Shown here: positions 42,851-52,474 of the stretch, piece after piece
How positions within the stretch are numbered: position 1 is the first letter of the stretch
Layout of the letters: every line of letters begins with the position of its first letter
Source: a bacterium HR37
GTDB taxonomy: Bacteria > Desulfobacterota_D > UBA1144 > Nemesobacterales > CSP1-2
Assembly (NCBI GenBank): GCA_002898375.1
Contig: BEIN01000015.1
Location: forward strand, 4,414-68,413
DNA: 64,000 nucleotides
Direction of reading: 5' to 3'
Made by a program: the position numbers and the translations under genes
The notes under the pieces: generated by a model
Seen by the model: the letters and a program-made list of their open reading frames with translations, nothing else
Database searches by the model: none
Told to the model about the DNA's origin: nothing

Positions 42851-44076
42851 TGTTCTATCTTCTCTCCTATTGCTCTTTCAAGTTGTGCAATGGCAATTTT
42901 GTAGTCATATATAGATTTATAGTAGTTTGCTGTCGTTTCAGCCAAAAGTGCCTCGGACTCCATAAAATCAACAATTGAGCTTTTACCCAGTCGGTACTCT
43001 TCCTGTGCAAGGAGAAAGTTTTCCTCTGCAGATTGCTTTGATAGCTCTGTTACCCTGAGTCTCTCTTCTGCGAGTTTTAGGTTTAGATAGAGCTCTTTTA
43101 CCTCGGCTTTTATCTGCTCTCTGGTAGCCTTTATATTGGCTTCAAGCTGTCTTAGCTTTGCCTGTGCTTCCCTTACACTTGCTAGATCTGAAAAACCTTT
43201 AAAGATAGGGAATCTGATTCCTATACCTGCAATAAAATCAGGACCGGTAGCCCCTTCTCCCTCAAACCTGTATGCGGCTCTTCCAAATATCTGGGGATAG
43301 TAGAGTTTGTTTTTTAAGGCTTTTATGTTGTACTCTATACCTGTTTCTTTAACCATAAGATTTTTTAGCTCCGGGCGTAGCCTTAAGGCTTTTTCAATTG
43401 CTTGATCCAGGTCCAGGTTAACTATCTTATATTCTAACATATCCTGGAGTTCGTAGTTAAAATCCCCCTCTATTCCAAGCAGGGTGGCAAGCCTGTTTTT
43501 TGCAATCTCTAAGTTGTTTTCAGCTGTAATTAAGCTAAGTCTTACGTTTCCCACCTCTACTTTCGCTTTTGTAACATCGAGGCGGGATCTTCTACCCAGA
43601 TTAAAAAGGTTCTCGATCTGTTCAAGCCGTTTTTCATTAAGAGCAAGTATTTTCTTTGTGGCTTTTAGTATATGCTCTTGAGCTAGGGTTGTGTAGTAAG
43701 CTATTTTTGTTTCAAGAATAAGGTCTTCTTTGGTTATTGACTTTTCAATTTCTGCCGATTCAAGTTGTGCTCTGGTGGCTTTTATAAGATTTGGTGTTTG
43801 CCAGAAATCCCATATTAGTTGATCCATTGATATCTGTGATTCACGTTCAACAAAGGGAAGAATGAATCTAAACTCAAGGTGAGGGTAGAGATTTGATTTT
43901 GCATTTTGCACTTTTGCCTTCATGATATCTACAGCTGCATCTGATACCTGTAAAGTGGGGTTGTTCTGAAGTGCCATGTTAATGGCCTCATTTAGGGTAA
44001 GAACCCTTGAAGATTCATTAGCATAGTTGTTGCTTGGGATAAGTAAAAAGAGCATAAATATGATTAACTTTCTCAT
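42847..44076 (-). CDS. TolC-family outer membrane efflux protein
   Basis: Signal peptide, LTLNEAINMALQNNP, two OEP repeats. Start at ATG 44076 after GGAGG SD. Confidence 0.9.
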   Translation of the reverse strand: MRKLIIFMLFLLIPSNNYANESSRVLTLNEAINMALQNNPTLQVSDAAVDIMKAKVQNAKSNLYPHLEFRFILPFVERESQISMDQLIWDFWQTPNLIKATRAQLESAEIEKSITKEDLILETKIAYYTTLAQEHILKATKKILALNEKRLEQIENLFNLGRRSRLDVTKAKVEVGNVRLSLITAENNLEIAKNRLATLLGIEGDFNYELQDMLEYKIVNLDLDQAIEKALRLRPELKNLMVKETGIEYNIKALKNKLYYPQIFGRAAYRFEGEGATGPDFIAGIGIRFPIFKGFSDLASVREAQAKLRQLEANIKATREQIKAEVKELYLNLKLAEERLRVTELSKQSAEENFLLAQEEYRLGKSSIVDFMESEALLAETTANYYKSIYDYKIAIAQLERAIGEKIEQ

Positions 44077-44191
44077 CTTATAACCTCCGCTTCGGAAAGT
44101 ATTAAATATGACCTTTATATTTAGGCGTTGCAATAGTTATAGCAAAGGTGATTACAAGGAATTGGGGTAAAGGTTGGGTAAAATATATAAC

Positions 44192-45355
44192 ATGGCTTTT
44201 GGAGTATATATTCATATTCCTTACTGTGTAAAGAAGTGTCCCTACTGTGATTTTAACTCCTATGGTGTTGGAAGACTTGTTCCTGAAGATGACTACACCT
44301 TGGCTATACTTGGGGAACTTGATCTATATAGAGACCTTCTTAAAAACGTTACCGTTACATCTATTTTCTTTGGAGGTGGAACACCATCTTTGTTCTCTCC
44401 TTCTGGTGTTGAGAGTATAATTGATAGAATTGCAAGTGTTTCTTCCTTATCCCCTGGTGTTGAGGTCTCTCTTGAGGTAAACCCAAGGACTGCTAACCTT
44501 GAGAAGCTAAGGGGGTTTCTTATAGCTGGCGTAAATAGGATTAGTGTTGGTGTACAGTCATTTTCGGAAAGAAAACTTAAGGTTCTTGGTCGTATAAATT
44601 CTCCCCATGATAGTGAAACTATACTTAAGGCAGTAGAGAGGGCGGGGTTTGTGAACTTTAATCTTGATCTAATGTTTGGGGTTCCTTTTGAAACGCTTAA
44701 GGAGTGGGAATCCGATTTGAGGAAGGCACTGGAGTTTGGCTCAACACATATCTCTTCTTATTGTCTAACAATCGAAGATGACACAGAGTTTGCAACACTT
44801 TACTCAGCTGGTAAATTGCCACTTCCTGATGAAGATGAGCTTATAGATATGTTCAACCTTGCAGGTAATCTTCTCGAAGCGTATGGGTACCTTCAGTATG
44901 AGGTATCTAACTTTTCAAAGCCCGGTTTTGAGTGTAGACACAATCTTATTTACTGGCAAGGGGATTACTATCTAGGGCTCGGAGCTGGAGCGCATTCCTA
45001 TGTTCTGGAAAATAATCCTCCATGGGGTGTTAGGTTCGCCAATATAAGAGATCCAAATAGGTATATGAAAGCTGTAAAAGAAGGAAAAAGACCTGTGGAT
45101 TTCCTTGATATCCTTGATAGGAGAAAGGTTATAGAGGATAGATTTCTTATGGGGCTTAGACTTAAAGAAGGGATAAACCTAAGAGATATCAGTGAGAAAT
45201 TAAGGGTTTATCTAAACCGGGAGAGATTAGACCCTTTGGTTGAAGAAGGTTTCTTTGAGGTACTTAACGATTCTCTAAAGGTTACCAAGAAAGGGGTTTT
45301 GATCCTTAATGAGTTAATAGTTAAGGTACTCGATGCACTTGTCTATAAAGAGTAG
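44192..45355 (+). CDS. hemW: Radical SAM heme chaperone HemW (HemN-like)
   Basis: YIHIPYCVKKCPYCDFNS, FFGGGTPS, YEVSNF, HNLIYW, GLGAGAHS. Start at ATG 44192. Confidence 0.92.
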   Translation: MAFGVYIHIPYCVKKCPYCDFNSYGVGRLVPEDDYTLAILGELDLYRDLLKNVTVTSIFFGGGTPSLFSPSGVESIIDRIASVSSLSPGVEVSLEVNPRTANLEKLRGFLIAGVNRISVGVQSFSERKLKVLGRINSPHDSETILKAVERAGFVNFNLDLMFGVPFETLKEWESDLRKALEFGSTHISSYCLTIEDDTEFATLYSAGKLPLPDEDELIDMFNLAGNLLEAYGYLQYEVSNFSKPGFECRHNLIYWQGDYYLGLGAGAHSYVLENNPPWGVRFANIRDPNRYMKAVKEGKRPVDFLDILDRRKVIEDRFLMGLRLKEGINLRDISEKLRVYLNRERLDPLVEEGFFEVLNDSLKVTKKGVLILNELIVKVLDALVYKE

Positions 45356-45359
45356 GGGT

Positions 45360-45830
45360 TTAATTTTTCTTTCTCGTTATTCTCTTAAGTGGGTACTTAT
45401 TTCCGTTTACTTCAATGTAAAATTCTTCGCCTTCTTGGTTTAGATATTTTGTGAATTCATAGTAGGCAGGCCTTGTAAATCTGGCTTCAAACTCTCCATT
45501 TTTTACCTTGGTATAAGGGACGTTTTCTTCATTTAACCATAGGTTATCAAAGTTAAGTTTTTCTTCAGTTTCGTCGTTTAAGATGATATAGAGTCCATCT
45601 TCACGTTTGTCTATCATCCTTACAACAAAAGGTGTGTCTTCTACCTGAATGTATATCCTTCCAGGGCCCTCTTCTATATAGTATCTGCCCTCTTCATCTC
45701 GTCTTAGAAGGTTGTTATTATAGAGGTATGTCCACTTGTGAAGTATAGGGATACCATCTTGGTACCAGTTACCTTCTTTGTCTATATATATCCTTGGTCT
45801 AAACCTATCTGATTCTTTCTCTTCTGACAT
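45360..45830 (-). CDS. DUF1285-like protein
   Basis: IYIDKEGNWYQDG, IQVEDTPFVV, PYTKV...EARFTRPAYYE. Start at ATG 45830. Confidence 0.75.
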   Translation of the reverse strand: MSEEKESDRFRPRIYIDKEGNWYQDGIPILHKWTYLYNNNLLRRDEEGRYYIEEGPGRIYIQVEDTPFVVRMIDKREDGLYIILNDETEEKLNFDNLWLNEENVPYTKVKNGEFEARFTRPAYYEFTKYLNQEGEEFYIEVNGNKYPLKRITRKKN

Positions 45831-45876
45831 AATATAACTATAACACAACCTGTATATAAAGATAAGTATGGTTTGA

Positions 45877-46290
45877 CTACTCTCCGATTACCTTAACTAT
45901 TACCCTTTTTCTTCTTTGGCCATCAAATTCAGCGTAAAATATCCTCTGCCATGGTCCTAGGTCAAGGTCGCCTTTCGTTATGGGTACTATAACCTGATGG
46001 TGCATAAGAAGGCTTTTTAGATGTGCATCACCGTTGTCTTCTCCGGTTCTGTGGTGCTTGTAATCACTTCGATAGGGAGCTAGCTTTTCAAGCCATTCCC
46101 ATATGTCTTCAAAAAGACCTTCTTCCAGGTCGTTTACATACACTGAGGCCGTTATGTGCATTGCAGATACCAGAGCAAACCCTTCTTTAATCCCACTTTT
46201 CTTTACGATCTCTCTTACCGTATCTGTAATATGAATGATTTCTCTCCTTTGTTTGGTGTTAAACCAAAGATACTCTGTGTAACTTTTCAT
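45877..46290 (-). CDS. yjbQ: YjbQ/UPF0047 family protein
   Basis: [34 protein letters not shown]. Confidence 0.93.
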   Translation of the reverse strand: MKSYTEYLWFNTKQRREIIHITDTVREIVKKSGIKEGFALVSAMHITASVYVNDLEEGLFEDIWEWLEKLAPYRSDYKHHRTGEDNGDAHLKSLLMHHQVIVPITKGDLDLGPWQRIFYAEFDGQRRKRVIVKVIGE

Positions 46291-46351
46291 CTTTTCCTCC
46301 TTAGGGGTTTATAGGAAATTAGCCTCTTTCTCCTTTATTACCCTTTTTATT

Positions 46352-46633
46352 CTAAGGGTTAGGAGGTTTTTCGTGCTTACCGCTTTTCAGTTTTTCCCTT
46401 TTAAGTTTTAGCGCCTCATAGGACATTTGGAGTTTATATAGTATATATCCATTTACAACTTCATCTCTTAAATTCCTGTATTCCTTGGCTAGGGAGTCCC
46501 TTATGCCTTGAAGCTTTAAGTACGTGGTTGGTCTGTACTCCAGGAGTTCGGATGGTTTGTTCGCTTCTCCTTTCTGGTTTAGGAACAAGAGGAGGAAAAT
46601 CATTACGATTACTAAAAGTGCCTTTCCCCTCAT
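46352..46633 (-). CDS. Hypothetical exported protein (~93 aa)
   Basis: Signal-peptide-like N-terminus ending GEA; GGAG SD before ATG 46633. Confidence 0.55.
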   Translation of the reverse strand: MRGKALLVIVMIFLLLFLNQKGEANKPSELLEYRPTTYLKLQGIRDSLAKEYRNLRDEVVNGYILYKLQMSYEALKLKREKLKSGKHEKPPNP

Positions 46634-46713
46634 ATTTTTATTCTCCAATTATATCTGTTTTATTACAATTTTAGCAAAATGTAGTAAAATTAGGGAACGG
46701 AGGAAAGGAAATT

Positions 46714-47388
46714 ATGAAAACTTTAAGTGTGTTGGTATTTGCTTTGCTTTTTATGTGGAGTGAAGCAGTTTTTGGTAACGAAGAAGAGGTTGGTATTAAC
46801 GTAGAAGGAGCGGCAAAAAGAGAAGGTTTTGTTGAACCTGGTGTGCTGCGTAGTACATGTGCATACCTCTGGGATAGGTACTATGAAAAAGAGGGTATTG
46901 AAATGGATGTTTCAACGAGAGGAGAGCAAAATGAGGTGGTGGTTTTTAGGTGTCCAAGTTGCAATCTAGAGGAGCACTTTGTAAAACCCTTTTTAGAATC
47001 TGAGTATGAGGGGAAAACCGGTATAGATAGACTTATAGAGTGTGGTTTTCTCAAAGCTGTCTTTAAGGGAGGAAAGGGGATTGAGGAAATTGTGGTAGAT
47101 GTACCTAAGGTAAAGCAGAATCCACTGAGGGGTAGGTGTGCTAAAGCCTGGAACGAGTATTATAAAAGTACAAACGGTGATATGATGGTCTATACAACGG
47201 GAAAGTACCAAGAAACAATAGTATTTAGCTGCAGAGAATGTAGTTTCACTGAGGAATTTATCAACGTTTTCCTTAATACCAGGTATAATGGTAAAACGGG
47301 CTTGGATCGGCTAAAGATGTGCGGTTTTACACAAGCTGTATTTAAAGAGGAGAGGGCAGGGAGGGAGATTGTAAGGGATATTCCCTAG
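46714..47388 (+). CDS. Secreted protein with two tandem 87-aa four-cysteine repeats
   Basis: Signal peptide; residues 45-131 and 138-224 align without gaps; purine-rich SD-like GGAGGAAAGGA upstream. Confidence 0.85.
   Translation: MKTLSVLVFALLFMWSEAVFGNEEEVGINVEGAAKREGFVEPGVLRSTCAYLWDRYYEKEGIEMDVSTRGEQNEVVVFRCPSCNLEEHFVKPFLESEYEGKTGIDRLIECGFLKAVFKGGKGIEEIVVDVPKVKQNPLRGRCAKAWNEYYKSTNGDMMVYTTGKYQETIVFSCRECSFTEEFINVFLNTRYNGKTGLDRLKMCGFTQAVFKEERAGREIVRDIP
46846..47385 (+). repeat. Intragenic tandem duplication (46846-47106 and 47125-47385)
   Basis: 40/87 identical residues by hand count; Cys at repeat positions 5, 36, 39, 66 conserved. Confidence 0.9.
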
Positions 47389-47404
47389 TGTATTTGGAAA
47401 TATA

Positions 47405-47656
47405 ATGGGTGTATTTCCGTTTGGATGGCTTAGGGGTATAGAGGGAGATAACTGGCAGATTCTTTGGAATTCAGAAACCAAGTTAGTGTATGGGAAAGGT
47501 GCAATTTCAAAACGTGTTGTTAGGGTAGGGGAGTCCTTGTCCTGGGAGGAGGCAAAGGCTTTTGCTGATAGGATAATACAGAATCCAAAAGTGTTTTCCG
47601 ATTTGTTGGTTAGTTTGCAGGGTAAACGTGATTTGGATTCTTTGGAATCAAACTGA
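47405..47656 (+). CDS. Hypothetical protein (83 aa)
   Basis: Fills the gap between co-oriented genes; globular-looking, Trp-rich. Confidence 0.7.
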   Translation: MGVFPFGWLRGIEGDNWQILWNSETKLVYGKGAISKRVVRVGESLSWEEAKAFADRIIQNPKVFSDLLVSLQGKRDLDSLESN

Positions 47657-47680
47657 GAATTTGTTTTAAGGGAGGCTACA

Positions 47681-47989
47681 ATGTATTACTTTGTGTTCTT
47701 TGATCCTAAAGATGGGGTTAGGAGAACTCAGATTGTTGATGTGTACAAGAAGTTTGCCGAACACTTTGGAAAGAAGCTACCCCAGTTTAAGTTTATAGGG
47801 TTATACGTGCGCAATGTTCTTTTGGGTTCTAGACCTCATTATGTAGCAATATGGGAGTTTCCCAACTACTCTGATCTTGATGAGTGGAATAGGGTGTTTG
47901 CTGAGGATAAGCAGGGACAGAAGCTTGCAAGGGAGCTTGCAGAACTTACAACTGCTTGGGAAGCAAAGGTTATGTCAAAGTTGATATAA
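47681..47989 (+). CDS. Hypothetical protein, possible dimeric alpha/beta-barrel (NIPSNAP/ABM-like) fold
   Basis: GGGAGG SD; pattern FIGLY...HYVAIWEFPNYSDLDEW. Confidence 0.7.
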   Translation: MYYFVFFDPKDGVRRTQIVDVYKKFAEHFGKKLPQFKFIGLYVRNVLLGSRPHYVAIWEFPNYSDLDEWNRVFAEDKQGQKLARELAELTTAWEAKVMSKLI

Positions 47990-48405
47990 TGGCAAGAGTT
48001 AAGTTATTGGTTTTGATTGTGTGTTTGGCTCTTTTTTACCCTGTAAGAAGCAGTGCTTACGAGTCTGATAAATTAAAATCCCAGGTTTTATACCCAAATC
48101 TCTATATTAAGATTTTAAAATGGTCTATTTACTCTGTAAGGGGTGTAGCTATAGCGCATCACATTACTATAGAGAATACAGGAGATTTAGCTTATAAAAA
48201 CATAAGGGTTAGGATTCACTATCTTTCTGGGTCTTATTCCAATTACGGAACAAAGGTGGCGGTGACAACAGGGATATTACCGATAGTTGTACCTCCGCGT
48301 AGTAAGAACACATACCTGAAGGGAGGGGCTGTCTTAGGGGCAGGCTCTAGTAACTTTATACCCGGTGCTATAGAGGTTTTGGGAGCTACTCCGGTAGATC
48401 CCTGA
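47989..48405 (+). CDS. Hypothetical exported protein (Ig-like beta-rich)
   Basis: TAATG stop/start coupling at 47987-47991; signal peptide ending SSA; ITIENTGDLAYKNIRVRIHY pattern. Confidence 0.7.
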   Translation: MARVKLLVLIVCLALFYPVRSSAYESDKLKSQVLYPNLYIKILKWSIYSVRGVAIAHHITIENTGDLAYKNIRVRIHYLSGSYSNYGTKVAVTTGILPIVVPPRSKNTYLKGGAVLGAGSSNFIPGAIEVLGATPVDP

Positions 48406-48541
48406 AGACGGGGTTGGTGTTGGCTAATTTAAGGAGTTGCTATCCCTTCTCTGGTATGGTTCGGAATTCTAAAGAAAAAGAAGTTATGTTAAAATTAACA
48501 TCCCTTAATTTTATTCTTTTTAACAGTGCTGAGGTGGGGTA

Positions 48542-49126
48542 ATGATAAAAAGAGTCTGTGTTTTTTGTGGTTCCCGTAAGGGTAAGCGGCTTGCTTACGA
48601 AGAGGCTGCAAAAAGAATGGGTACGGTACTGGCAAAACGAGGTATAGGGGTAGTGTATGGAGGTGGAAGTGTGGGCTTAATGGGGGTGGTTGCCGACTCC
48701 GTAATATCTGAGGGGGGTGAAATTATAGGTGTTATTCCAAAGGCCTTGGTTGCTAGAGAAGTTGTACACACAGGGCTTACTGATTTACATATTGTTGGAT
48801 CAATGCATGAGCGTAAGGCTCTTATGTCACGGCTATCAGATGCATTCATAGCATTGCCAGGAGGTTTTGGAACTCTTGAGGAATTCTGTGAAGTACTAAC
48901 ATGGGCACAACTGGGGTTACATAAGAAGCCGTGTGGTATCCTGAATGTGGAGGGGTTTTATGATCCCCTGCTTCTTCTATTTAATCGTGCTGTAGAGGAA
49001 GGATTTGTTTCTCCAGAACACAGAATGCTTGTGCTGGTTGAAACTGAGCCAGAACGTTTACTCGAGCTCTTAGAAACCTACACCCCTCCTTTTATTGAAA
49101 GGTATATTGAACGAAACGATATATAA
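48542..49126 (+). CDS. LOG-family nucleotide phosphoribohydrolase (TIGR00730-type)
   Basis: VCVFCGS, VYGGGSVGLMG, MHERKA, LPGGFGTLEE, WAQLGLHKKP. Confidence 0.94.
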   Translation: MIKRVCVFCGSRKGKRLAYEEAAKRMGTVLAKRGIGVVYGGGSVGLMGVVADSVISEGGEIIGVIPKALVAREVVHTGLTDLHIVGSMHERKALMSRLSDAFIALPGGFGTLEEFCEVLTWAQLGLHKKPCGILNVEGFYDPLLLLFNRAVEEGFVSPEHRMLVLVETEPERLLELLETYTPPFIERYIERNDI

Positions 49127-49146
49127 TTAAACCTAAGGAGAGGGTT

Positions 49147-49674
49147 ATGAAAGTAAGGAGAAAGCTGTTTTTTCACCTTAGCTTTGCTACCCTGATATTT
49201 TTAAGTTCTTTTGCTTTTGCAGTAAACAACGAGGATCTGCAACGTTCCTCGCTTCTTGGTCTTCATGGGGTATTTATTGCGGTTGAAGGTAGCAGGTTTG
49301 TAAGCCTGCATGATACAAGGAAGCAGTTAGAGGAAATGCTAAACAGTGCAGGTATCAGGGTATTAACTATGGAGGAGGCTTCCAAAACGAAAGGAGTGCC
49401 CTTTCTCTACGTTAAGGTGGATACATTAAAAGATACGGGTAATGATTATTTCTACAGAACCAGAGTCGAATTACGTCAATGGAGTTCTTTGCTCCGGGCT
49501 CCTGATATAAGGGTGTATACCGGAACCTGGTCTTCAGAGGTAATTGGTGTGACCAAAAAGGATAGTTTAAGGGAAGCTATCTCTTATGCTCTAAGGGACA
49601 TCGTATACAGGTTTATATATGATTACAGAACTGTAAATCCAAGAAAGGTAGAGGAGAAAAGAATAGAAGATTAG
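49147..49674 (+). CDS. Hypothetical exported protein
   Basis: Signal peptide ending AFA; AAGGAG SD; no family assigned. Confidence 0.75.
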   Translation: MKVRRKLFFHLSFATLIFLSSFAFAVNNEDLQRSSLLGLHGVFIAVEGSRFVSLHDTRKQLEEMLNSAGIRVLTMEEASKTKGVPFLYVKVDTLKDTGNDYFYRTRVELRQWSSLLRAPDIRVYTGTWSSEVIGVTKKDSLREAISYALRDIVYRFIYDYRTVNPRKVEEKRIED

Positions 49675-49798
49675 ATGTATATAGCTTATCTTTTTTAGCC
49701 ATTAAAATTGTAACCACACACCAGATTAAAAGTGCTTGACAATTCTTTTTAAGATATATTATCCTTTTTAGATAATGAGCTGTAGGTAATGTAGCTAA

Positions 49799-51094
49799 AT
49801 GTCTAAAACGGAACCAGTAGAAACCATAAAAGAGACAACAGACATTAAGGAACTAGCTCTTAGCATAGCCCAAAAGGCAAAGGAAGCTTCAAGGTTACTG
49901 GCTATAGCCTCCCCCCACTTAAAAAACCAAGCCCTTCTGTCTATGGCAGATGGTATAGTTTCCGAATCCGAGTTTATAGTTGGGGAAAATAGAAAGGATA
50001 TTGAGGATGCTTTAAGAAAGGGAATCTCTGGGGCTTTTGTTGACCGCCTTACACTTACCGATTCTAGGATTAAACTTATGGCTGAAGGCATAAGGCAGGT
50101 AGCTGCTCTTAATGACCCTGTTGGGGAAATTGTAAAGATGTGGAAGAGACCAAATGGTCTGTTAGTTGGGAAGATGAGAATCCCTCTTGGGGTAATTGGA
50201 ATTATATATGAGTCAAGACCCAATGTAACTGCAGATGCATCTGCTTTGTGTATAAAAGCTGGAAATGGGGTTATTCTTAGAGGGGGTTCAGAGGCTATAA
50301 GAACCAATCTAGCGATAGGAAAGATTCTAAAGGATGCGCTTAGGCAAAACGGACTTCCAGAGGATGCCATTCAGATAGTTCCTATTGCTGATAGGTCTTT
50401 TGTTCTTGAAATGCTTAAACTCGAAGAGTATATAGACCTTATAATCCCGCGTGGCGGAGAAGGTCTTATAAGATTTGTATCTGAGAATTCAAGGATTCCA
50501 GTGCTTAAACACTACAAAGGGGTCTGTCATGTCTTTGTGGATGAGAGTGCGGATTTTGAGATGGCAGAGAAAATTTGTATAAATGCAAAGGTGCAAAGAC
50601 CTGGGGTGTGTAATGCTATGGAAACACTTCTTGTCCATGAGAATATAGCCTCTGAGTTCCTTCCCTTGATTGTGAGAAAGTTAGAAGAGAGGGGGGTTGA
50701 GATCCGGGGCTGTAAGCGTACAAAAAGGATCGTTCCTCATGTTAAGGAAGCTACGGAGGAGGATTGGTATACGGAGTATCTTGACCTGATACTGAGTGTT
50801 AAAGTGGTTAAGGATATTGAGGAGGCTATTGAGCATATAGAGCGCTATGGCTCAAAGCACACAGAGGCAATAGTAACCCAGAACTACAGAAATGCCCAGG
50901 TCTTTGTAAACAGTGTTAATTCTTCTACCGTGCTTGTTAATGCATCCACCAGGTTTAGTGATGGGTTTGAGTTGGGGCTTGGTGCGGAGATAGGCATTAG
51001 TACTTCCAAGCTTCATGCCTTTGGTCCTATGGGGGTTGAGGAGCTTACCACCACAAAGTTTGTTATTTACGGAAATGGGCAAATAAGAATATAA
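49799..51094 (+). CDS. proA: Gamma-glutamyl phosphate reductase
   Basis: [49 protein letters not shown]. Confidence 0.97.
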   Translation: MSKTEPVETIKETTDIKELALSIAQKAKEASRLLAIASPHLKNQALLSMADGIVSESEFIVGENRKDIEDALRKGISGAFVDRLTLTDSRIKLMAEGIRQVAALNDPVGEIVKMWKRPNGLLVGKMRIPLGVIGIIYESRPNVTADASALCIKAGNGVILRGGSEAIRTNLAIGKILKDALRQNGLPEDAIQIVPIADRSFVLEMLKLEEYIDLIIPRGGEGLIRFVSENSRIPVLKHYKGVCHVFVDESADFEMAEKICINAKVQRPGVCNAMETLLVHENIASEFLPLIVRKLEERGVEIRGCKRTKRIVPHVKEATEEDWYTEYLDLILSVKVVKDIEEAIEHIERYGSKHTEAIVTQNYRNAQVFVNSVNSSTVLVNASTRFSDGFELGLGAEIGISTSKLHAFGPMGVEELTTTKFVIYGNGQIRI

Positions 51095-51143
51095 TTAAAG
51101 TGTTAGGGCCTTAGTGAGGTGAGATACAGTATAAAGTAAAAAG

Positions 51144-52439
51144 ATGGGAGAAAAGAATAAAAGGTCAAAAAGGGGCCGTAAATTAAAAGGGGCATTTAGA
51201 GAGTCCTATAGAAGGTATTCAATTACCGGTGATTTAGAAGATATAGCAAATGAAGAGGAAAGTGTATTTGTTCCAATTGATTTGGATGAAAAGATTATAT
51301 CGGATATAGGAGAATCCGATTTTGAGATTAAGCTTGAGCCGGTAAAAGGGGATTTAACAGAAGATAAACAGAAGGGATGGACTCCTGATGAGGAATTTAG
51401 GCTGCTCCAGGTCTACTTCAAGGATATGGGAGCGGAGCCTCTTCTTACTCCTAGGGAAGAGGTAGAGGTTTCGGCAAAGATAAAGAAGTGTGAGTTAAAG
51501 GTAAGGGAGGCAAGGAGATTTCTTGAGCGCGTTTTTGACAGAAAGCTAGGTGGTGAATGCTTGGATGATGTAGTAAAAGAAATTGAAGAGCTTTTAAGGA
51601 AAAGCAGCAGGAATCATAAAAATATAGTAATAAAAAGAAAGAAAACGGACTCACAATTAACATTACATCACATACAAAGGATAAAGGGGCTTACAAAGGC
51701 TTACTTAAGTAGGGCAAGGCTTTTTAAGGAAAGGTTTGTTAAGGCAAATCTAAGACTTGTTGTTAGCATAGCAAAGCGATATATGGGAAGAGGGCTTCCT
51801 CTTTCAGATTTAATACAAGAAGGTAACGTTGGTTTAATGAGAGCGGTGGAAAGATTTGATCATACTAAGGGCTATAAGTTCTCCACATACGCTTCCTGGT
51901 GGATACACCAGGCTATATCTAGGGCATTGCTGGATCAGACAAGGACGATAAGAGTACCCGTATATGTGCTTGAGCAAGCAAGTAAGGTGCATAGAATAAG
52001 CTCTACCATACATAAAGAAACCGGTAGAAAGCCTTTTCCTGAGGAAATAGCCCAAAAGTCTGGCATCTCTATAGAAGGTGTTAAGAGGGTGCTAGAGGCT
52101 ACAAAGGATGTTGTGCATCTTGACTCTCCTGTGCTGGATGGTGAAAAAACCACTCTTATAGAGTTTATCCCTGATGAAAACTCTCCTACCCCTGATCTGG
52201 CTGTTGCAAAGGCTGCTCTTAGCAAGAAGATTAGAGAGACCCTTGGCAGTCTTACCAACAGGGAAGAGCAGATACTTAAGATGAGATTTGGTATAGGATA
52301 CGACACAACATATACTCTGGATGAAATAGGTAGGCATTTTAGCCTTACACGCGAACGTATAAGGCAGATAGAGAAAAGAGCGCTTGAAAAGCTACAGGAT
52401 TCAGATATAGGGGGTATGCTTAAAAGCTTTCTTGAGTAG
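51144..52439 (+). CDS. RpoD/RpoS-like sigma-70 factor (probably non-primary, group 2-like)
   Basis: Region 1.2 (VYFKDMG..LLTPREE), region 2 (ANLRLVVSIAKRY, DLIQEGNVGLMRAV, KFSTYA), region 4 (TRERIRQIE); no typical region 1.1. Confidence 0.9.
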   Translation: MGEKNKRSKRGRKLKGAFRESYRRYSITGDLEDIANEEESVFVPIDLDEKIISDIGESDFEIKLEPVKGDLTEDKQKGWTPDEEFRLLQVYFKDMGAEPLLTPREEVEVSAKIKKCELKVREARRFLERVFDRKLGGECLDDVVKEIEELLRKSSRNHKNIVIKRKKTDSQLTLHHIQRIKGLTKAYLSRARLFKERFVKANLRLVVSIAKRYMGRGLPLSDLIQEGNVGLMRAVERFDHTKGYKFSTYASWWIHQAISRALLDQTRTIRVPVYVLEQASKVHRISSTIHKETGRKPFPEEIAQKSGISIEGVKRVLEATKDVVHLDSPVLDGEKTTLIEFIPDENSPTPDLAVAKAALSKKIRETLGSLTNREEQILKMRFGIGYDTTYTLDEIGRHFSLTRERIRQIEKRALEKLQDSDIGGMLKSFLE

Positions 52440-52474
52440 TGCTTTGTTTATTATCTGGTTATATTTCTGCCTAA

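Noticed and set aside
46714..47388. c-type cytochrome or P-loop reading of the repeat protein (CxxC, GKTG)
   Set aside because: CxxC is not followed by His, GKT lacks the GxxxxGK(S/T) context, and the protein is exported.
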